From: Oligoflexia bacterium
GTDB lineage: Bacteria; Bdellovibrionota; UBA1018
DNA length: 64,000 nt
Assembly (NCBI GenBank): GCA_963758495.1
Contig: CAVWVI010000003.1
Coordinates: forward strand, 928,001 to 992,000
Reading direction: 5' to 3'
Each line of letters starts with the position of its first letter. Position 1 is the stretch's first letter. The notes below the pieces were generated by a model. That model searched no databases, was not told where the DNA came from, and saw only the letters and a program-made list of their open reading frames with translations. Below, one piece after another: positions 58,496 to 64,000 of this stretch. The position numbers were made by a program, and so were the translations under genes.

Positions 58496-59560
58496 ATGAA
58501 CATTCTTTTCTCGACTTATTCATTAGCCTATCAAAATCCAGGAGGTGGGGAACGGGTTCTTAACGCCTTGCAGCTAGCCCTGACTCAAATGGGTCATTCA
58601 GTTACCCTTTTCAACCCCTGGAAAACCAGCAGTAGAGACCTTGAGCAATTTGATATGATTCACTATTTTTCGTGCATTGAGACTTCATTTTGGAGATTTT
58701 CAAAATCTCACGCACCTCAAGTTCCTCTTGTAGTGACTCCGACATACAATCCAGAAGCGTCTGTACTACGGAAGGTAGACTTATGGAGACAAAGATTTAT
58801 TCAAAGAAGATCGAGAAAAGGCTACCTATTTGATGTTCCCGATTATTGGTTACCCAACACGCAGAAAGAAGCTGAAGGCCTAATCAATAATTTAAATATC
58901 CAGACCAGTAAAATACAAGTGTTGCCTAATGGCATTGAAAGCCAGTTTTTAAATCCGGACCCTTCACTTTTTTTATCTGAGATGAAAATTACCTCACCTT
59001 TTGTATTACATGTTGGACGCTTCCATCCTGTAAAAAATCATTTAAATCTTATTGAAGCAGTTAAAAGAGCCCGATTACAGGCTGTTTTTATTGGAAATCC
59101 TGATATTGGACATGAAAATTATTACAACAAATGCGTAGAGGCGGCAAAAAATGCCGAGAGATCAGACCCTACTGGCACTATTCGTATCTTATTTATCAAT
59201 CAACTACCGCACAATGATCCACTGCTTTCTTCAGCCTTTGCAGCAGCCCAGATATTTGCTCTACCCAGCCATTTTGAAACCTTTGGAATTAGCGCACTCG
59301 AAGCGGCGGTAGCTGGAAATGAGCTCATTCTAACAAAAAATATTGCTAGCCATGACCTTTTTAAGGATTTTGCTTATTTCGTAGATCCTAAAAATCCCCA
59401 AGAGATCAGTCACGCCTTAATCAAAGCATTTGAGAAAGTAAAAAGTACTCCCCGTACCTCATCTCACGCTAATGCTCGCGCTCTAAGCCTATTTCAGCAC
59501 TATAACTGGAAGACCATCTGTGAAAAATTGATCACTATTTATAAAAATATACACTCATAA
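58496..59560 (+). CDS. Glycosyltransferase family 4
   Basis: PGGGE, VGRF..VKN, ETFGISALEAA. Confidence 0.9.
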   Translation: MNILFSTYSLAYQNPGGGERVLNALQLALTQMGHSVTLFNPWKTSSRDLEQFDMIHYFSCIETSFWRFSKSHAPQVPLVVTPTYNPEASVLRKVDLWRQRFIQRRSRKGYLFDVPDYWLPNTQKEAEGLINNLNIQTSKIQVLPNGIESQFLNPDPSLFLSEMKITSPFVLHVGRFHPVKNHLNLIEAVKRARLQAVFIGNPDIGHENYYNKCVEAAKNAERSDPTGTIRILFINQLPHNDPLLSSAFAAAQIFALPSHFETFGISALEAAVAGNELILTKNIASHDLFKDFAYFVDPKNPQEISHALIKAFEKVKSTPRTSSHANARALSLFQHYNWKTICEKLITIYKNIHS

Positions 59561-59674
59561 GCCATCTAATTTACTTCATCATTCATTTTTTAATGGTATG
59601 TCAAAATACCGTCGATATAATTAAGACTCATTCCAGCTGTACTGCCTTATCAAGTATGTCATGATAGAAATGAC

Positions 59675-61192
59675 GTGCGTACCATTCGAGCCTTCGATAA
59701 CTATATCACAGCAATAGCAACTTCCATTGCAGGTACCCTGATCACCGTATTAGCAACCCCTTTTATATTACGTTGGATCGGGGCAGAGCGCTTTGGTCTT
59801 TATCGAATTACAATAGACTGGCTAGGTTACTTAACATTAATAGATATTGGATTAGGTGACGCCCTGATTCCTATTTTATCTACTTTCGTAGGAAAACATG
59901 ATTCTACTAATATTAGGGCAGCTCTCATTACAGGGATCCGAGCCTTCTGTTTGTCCCAACCTATTAAATTAATTATTGGCATGGGTATGATTTTTCTAAT
60001 TGTGAATTATATTCCACATAAGATTGAATATAATTCTGATTTAAAAATAGCCTGCTTAATTGGTGTATTTTCCTCATTCTTTTCTCCACTCTATCCAGTT
60101 CGAACACTCATTGAAGTGAAGCAAATGGGATATCGAATCAACCAATATTTGGTGGCAAGAACCGTACTCACTACTTGCTGTGCACTTCTTTTTGCCTGGT
60201 TAAAGTTTGGAATCGCCGGTCAGTTCTTCGCACTTTTTTTGGGTGAAGTTCTATTCTCTACCTGTCTTTGTATTTATAGCTTCTTGAATCTCCCTGGAAT
60301 CTGGCATCAAATCCTACATACTCCGGCCAACCGAGAAATCTGGCATTCACTTTGGAAACTCAATAAAACCGTATTCTTGTCCAATATCTGTGGAAGACTT
60401 TGTTATCTGTCAGACAGTATTATTATTTCGTTTGTTTTATCACCTTCGTATGTGACTTCATTTTTCATGACACAAAGACTGATCAGCTTTGCATGTTTAC
60501 ATCTTTATGGCATTGGAACCTCAACCTGGGCAGCACTCATCGACCTTCATACAAAAGGTGAACATGACTTATTTCAAAAACGGTTCTTAGAGCTGAATCA
60601 ACTCATTACTGTTATAAGCATGATTACTTTGGGCCCCATTGCGGCTTATAATCATCATTTTATAAGGCTTTGGCTGGGTAATACTTTTTACGCTGGAGAA
60701 ACTCTAACCTGGGTGGCCTCCATCAATGCACTATTTTTACCTTTGATCGCATTTTGGGGCTGGATTTTCTCAGCGTCTGGAAAATTATCAGTCATATTAC
60801 CTCAATACATTTTATACACTGGGGTAAATCTAGTCATGAGCGTTCTATTCACTTATTGGATTGGTACCCCTGGCCCAGCAGTGGGTACATTGATAGCCAT
60901 ATTTTTAGTTACATTTTGGGCGACTCCATGGTTCCTTAAAAATCATTTTGGAATATCAACAATTAAGCTTTACAGTGGAATTTTTAAACCCATAGCAATT
61001 TTGCTACCCTTTATATTAATTACTTGGAAAATATCCAAAATGCAGCAGTCATTAGGATGGGTTGAACTGATGACAGAACTCGTATTCTCCATGCTTTTAC
61101 TAACAACACTATCATGGATTCTTATCATTACTCCCCATGAACGATCACTCTGGAAACACCGATTGGAGCTTCGATTGGGAATTAAACTGTGA
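59675..61192 (+). CDS. Polysaccharide flippase (Wzx/MOP family)
   Basis: TPFILRWIG.E.FGLY, D.GLG, about 12-14 hydrophobic segments. Confidence 0.82.
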   Translation: MRTIRAFDNYITAIATSIAGTLITVLATPFILRWIGAERFGLYRITIDWLGYLTLIDIGLGDALIPILSTFVGKHDSTNIRAALITGIRAFCLSQPIKLIIGMGMIFLIVNYIPHKIEYNSDLKIACLIGVFSSFFSPLYPVRTLIEVKQMGYRINQYLVARTVLTTCCALLFAWLKFGIAGQFFALFLGEVLFSTCLCIYSFLNLPGIWHQILHTPANREIWHSLWKLNKTVFLSNICGRLCYLSDSIIISFVLSPSYVTSFFMTQRLISFACLHLYGIGTSTWAALIDLHTKGEHDLFQKRFLELNQLITVISMITLGPIAAYNHHFIRLWLGNTFYAGETLTWVASINALFLPLIAFWGWIFSASGKLSVILPQYILYTGVNLVMSVLFTYWIGTPGPAVGTLIAIFLVTFWATPWFLKNHFGISTIKLYSGIFKPIAILLPFILITWKISKMQQSLGWVELMTELVFSMLLLTTLSWILIITPHERSLWKHRLELRLGIKL

Positions 61193-62274
61193 ATCAGAAC
61201 AAAGTGACTCCCTACATTCCGACACTAGACGGTTGGAGAGGTATCGCGATTTTGTGCGTCATTGCTTGTCATAGCACTGGATTCCTTTTCAGCCCTACCG
61301 AATCGCACGTAAGCATCATTCATCAAATTCTTTTGAAAGGGAGTTTAGGGGTAGACATTTTTTTTGGTATCAGTGGCTTTCTGATTTGTACTCGGATATT
61401 AGACAATGAAACTATAGACGGCAGCATTCATATCGGAACTTTTTACCTTCGAAGGATATCTCGTATTTTTCCGGCTTATTTCGCTTATTTGAGTGTCTTA
61501 GCAATTATGACCGTCTACCACTGGCTTCCCGTCCTACCTAAAGCACTCCTGAGCTGTGCCTTTTTTCTCCAAAATTATAACCTCACTGAAAAGGAAGTGA
61601 GTTGGTTTATCGGCCACTTTTGGACTTTGGCAGTAGAGGAACATTTTTATCTCATTTTTCCCAGTGCTTTGATTCTAATGGGTATTAATAACAAAAGACG
61701 AATAGGGGCGCTATTCATCTGTGCACTGACAATCTCCCTTTGGAGAGTATTCGAATTTAGATTTCAACTCTTGGAAAGACTCCTTCCAAATATTGGATTT
61801 TTTGGTCGTACAGACATTCGTCTGGATGGTTTAATATTGGGTGCCCTTGCAGCAATCAGCTTAAAAACACCTGTTTATTTTAACAAACTTAGAACTTTCC
61901 TATACCCCTGGTGGTCTAGAGTATTAGTATTTCTATTCTTTATTCTTTTCTCGGCTATCAACTTCCCATTGGCGATGTTGTGGAGGTCTATCTTAATTCC
62001 TTCTATGTTACTTGCAACAATTCTGAATCCAGCAAGTCTTTTCAGTAAATTTTTGGAGACATCGGCCCTACGATGGGTCGGACGCCTCTCCTACAGTTTA
62101 TACATCTGGAATAATTTCTTTCTGGTCCCCACTCAGGTAAGCCATATTCCTCATTACGAATCTATTCAATATCCACCCCTGAATTACGTAGCTTTATTTT
62201 TAGTTTCTATCGCGAGTTACTATTTAATTGAACGACCCATCATGCAACTAGGACATAGAATTTCTGGAGGTTAA
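61189..62274 (+). CDS. Acyltransferase family 3 (OafA-like O-acyltransferase)
   Basis: LDGWRGIA, GVDIFF.ISGFLI, RRISRIFP, WTLAVEEHFY, SYSLYIW, SYYLIERP. Confidence 0.92.
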   Translation: MNQNKVTPYIPTLDGWRGIAILCVIACHSTGFLFSPTESHVSIIHQILLKGSLGVDIFFGISGFLICTRILDNETIDGSIHIGTFYLRRISRIFPAYFAYLSVLAIMTVYHWLPVLPKALLSCAFFLQNYNLTEKEVSWFIGHFWTLAVEEHFYLIFPSALILMGINNKRRIGALFICALTISLWRVFEFRFQLLERLLPNIGFFGRTDIRLDGLILGALAAISLKTPVYFNKLRTFLYPWWSRVLVFLFFILFSAINFPLAMLWRSILIPSMLLATILNPASLFSKFLETSALRWVGRLSYSLYIWNNFFLVPTQVSHIPHYESIQYPPLNYVALFLVSIASYYLIERPIMQLGHRISGG

Positions 62275-62290
62275 AGGTTAAAATTTATAT

Positions 62291-63763
62291 ATGCTGACAA
62301 GAATGCTTCGTCCAACATTAATATCTATTCTTTGTATTTGCCTACTTTTTATTGGCTTTTATATGGATAAACTTCAGTTTAAATTTGTACTTTTTACGCT
62401 GTTTTTTGGAATTGGTTCTGTCTTTTTAGTCGCACCCATCAACTGGACTATTCATTTATTCGTAATCTACCTTGGAGTTGAAGGCTTCGCAAAACTCATG
62501 ACTAATTATAATCCCATTATTCATGTGGGTAGTGATATTCTCATTATATCTCTTTGGATACGAATACTCTTAACGGTACTCATCCAAAGGAAATCATTAC
62601 CTATACGCTATCCACCTTTAACCTCTTTATTTTTGATTCATGCTATTTGGTTTGTAATTACAATTACCAATCCATCCGCATTAAGCCTTCTTGCTTCGCT
62701 TGCAGGCGCAAAACTGTATTTGACAATTGTGAGCTTGTATTTCTTTGGATACTACCTCACGACAGATGTAAAAAAAATAAAATCCTTCATGATTCCATGG
62801 ATAGTAATCGCGGCATTACAAATAGGCCCATCGTTGTATCAATCTTATATAGGACCCTCTAGTGTCACATCATTGAGTCCTAATTACGTCCATGCATTAG
62901 AAAAATATAAAGGTTATGCATTTAGACCTTTCGGCCTAACGAGCCAACCCGGATTTCCAGGTATTTACATTTATATTTCTTTTTTATTCTTACTCCATTT
63001 TATATTTTACTCACGTTCACTTCTAATCTCTCTTGGGATGATTTTTCTATTACCAGGTGCTATAGTTACCCTCTTTGTATGCCAAGTTAGATCCGCACTT
63101 TTAAAAACTATTTTGGGTAGTATCGCTTTTCTTTTGCCTACAATAAAAAAAATTGCAAAATCTTCGTTAAAAACCAAGGCCCTCACTATTTCTATGGTTG
63201 CCGCGGCCACCATGAGTATTCTGATTGCGAGCCCAATCCTTATCAATAAAGTTTCAGAGGGGAATAAAGACAACCTACGAGCCGTAAATAGAACGTTGAC
63301 ACTCTTTGATTACAATAATGTTTCAAAGGCTCGATCAGGTGCCATGAACCGCTTTATTACCTACGCAGAAATGGTGCCCTTCGGTGCTGGGCTATCAAGA
63401 ATTGGGGCTGCAGCCGGAAAATTCCAAGAGTTGCTTCAAATGGATCGACTTTTTGGAGTGGACTTCTTTTCGGATAATCTCTGGATCGAATTACTCATTG
63501 ATCTTGGAATTCCTGGACTTATTATCATTAATCTTATTATTTTTATGATTCTAAAAATAGGAATCACTGGATTCTTTACAATAAAGGACCCTGAACTTAA
63601 AGCTCTCCAATGGACTGTACTCTGTTCACTTTGTACTATTCTTATCGGAGCCTATGGTGCAGAGCCGATATTATACAATCCTGAGGGACCTTTTTTTTGG
63701 TTTTTTTCAGGTATGCTAGTGCGAATTCCTAAGCTCGACCAAGAGAAAGAAGAACTCAGTTGA
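62291..63763 (+). CDS. O-antigen polymerase/ligase-like membrane protein (Wzy/WaaL-like)
   Basis: Multiple TM segments, R.FG, RSA, PFGAGL, DN.W..LLIDLGIPG. Confidence 0.7.
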   Translation: MLTRMLRPTLISILCICLLFIGFYMDKLQFKFVLFTLFFGIGSVFLVAPINWTIHLFVIYLGVEGFAKLMTNYNPIIHVGSDILIISLWIRILLTVLIQRKSLPIRYPPLTSLFLIHAIWFVITITNPSALSLLASLAGAKLYLTIVSLYFFGYYLTTDVKKIKSFMIPWIVIAALQIGPSLYQSYIGPSSVTSLSPNYVHALEKYKGYAFRPFGLTSQPGFPGIYIYISFLFLLHFIFYSRSLLISLGMIFLLPGAIVTLFVCQVRSALLKTILGSIAFLLPTIKKIAKSSLKTKALTISMVAAATMSILIASPILINKVSEGNKDNLRAVNRTLTLFDYNNVSKARSGAMNRFITYAEMVPFGAGLSRIGAAAGKFQELLQMDRLFGVDFFSDNLWIELLIDLGIPGLIIINLIIFMILKIGITGFFTIKDPELKALQWTVLCSLCTILIGAYGAEPILYNPEGPFFWFFSGMLVRIPKLDQEKEELS

Positions 63764-64000
63764 AGCCACATATCATCCTTTACATAGTTCCAACCTCTGG
63801 AACTGGAGGAGCCGAAACATTTATTCTTCATACTGCGGAATATCATAATTTAGGAGCCATAAAGCCTATTTATATTTTTTTTCATGATGGCCCTCTTTTA
63901 AACGCAGTTCGATTAAGAGGGCATCAAGTTTATCTTGCACCCAAACCGCCTCGGCTTCGAAACATGAGAGACTCACTGAAGACTATTCAATGGATTGCTT
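63760..64000 (+). CDS. Glycosyltransferase family 4, 3'-partial
   Basis: Hand translation from TTG at 63760: MKPHIILYIVPTSGTGGAETFI...HDGPLL; open to the window edge. Confidence 0.7.
   Translation, partial: MKPHIILYIVPTSGTGGAETFILHTAEYHNLGAIKPIYIFFHDGPLLNAVRLRGHQVYLAPKPPRLRNMRDSLKTIQWIA

Overview
Bacterial chromosomal window; gene content and order suggest Bdellovibrionota/Oligoflexia or a related former deltaproteobacterium (inference, not a database result). 1-17.5 kb is core: zinc-ribbon protein/Nif3, tRNA-Ile2(CAU), rpsU-yqeY-mpg-dnaG-rpoD, a five-gene mevalonate operon (fni, mvaA, two GHMP kinases, mvaD) and lptC(A)-lptB-rpoN-hpf. About 17.5-29 kb is an integrase-less accessory island: an SDR, an M48-protease remnant, higBA, a VOC protein and three large signal-peptide proteins. 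These are an 856-aa coiled-coil orphan, an ankyrin-Sel1-RING protein, and a coiled-coil/Hint/toxin-tip polymorphic toxin with a putative immunity gene and a consensus sigma-54 promoter. 29-48 kb holds SCO, RimK, DHH, MDR, a GldAFG-like ABC system, a compact M13-like peptidase, a tdk-upp-hpt-GHMP kinase-DUF429 cluster and oppBC. 48-64 kb holds an orphan crtY and a GT4/asnB/wzx/acyltransferase/wzy polysaccharide locus. Main observations not explained by standard annotation: (i) a dispersed repeat family with four copies, two carrying a long hairpin with a conserved loop and one in frame inside a kinase gene, all in the same orientation relative to transcription; (ii) the Sec-signal Hint toxin/immunity module; (iii) the eukaryote-like RING protein. 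All calls come from motif recognition by eye; no searches were run.
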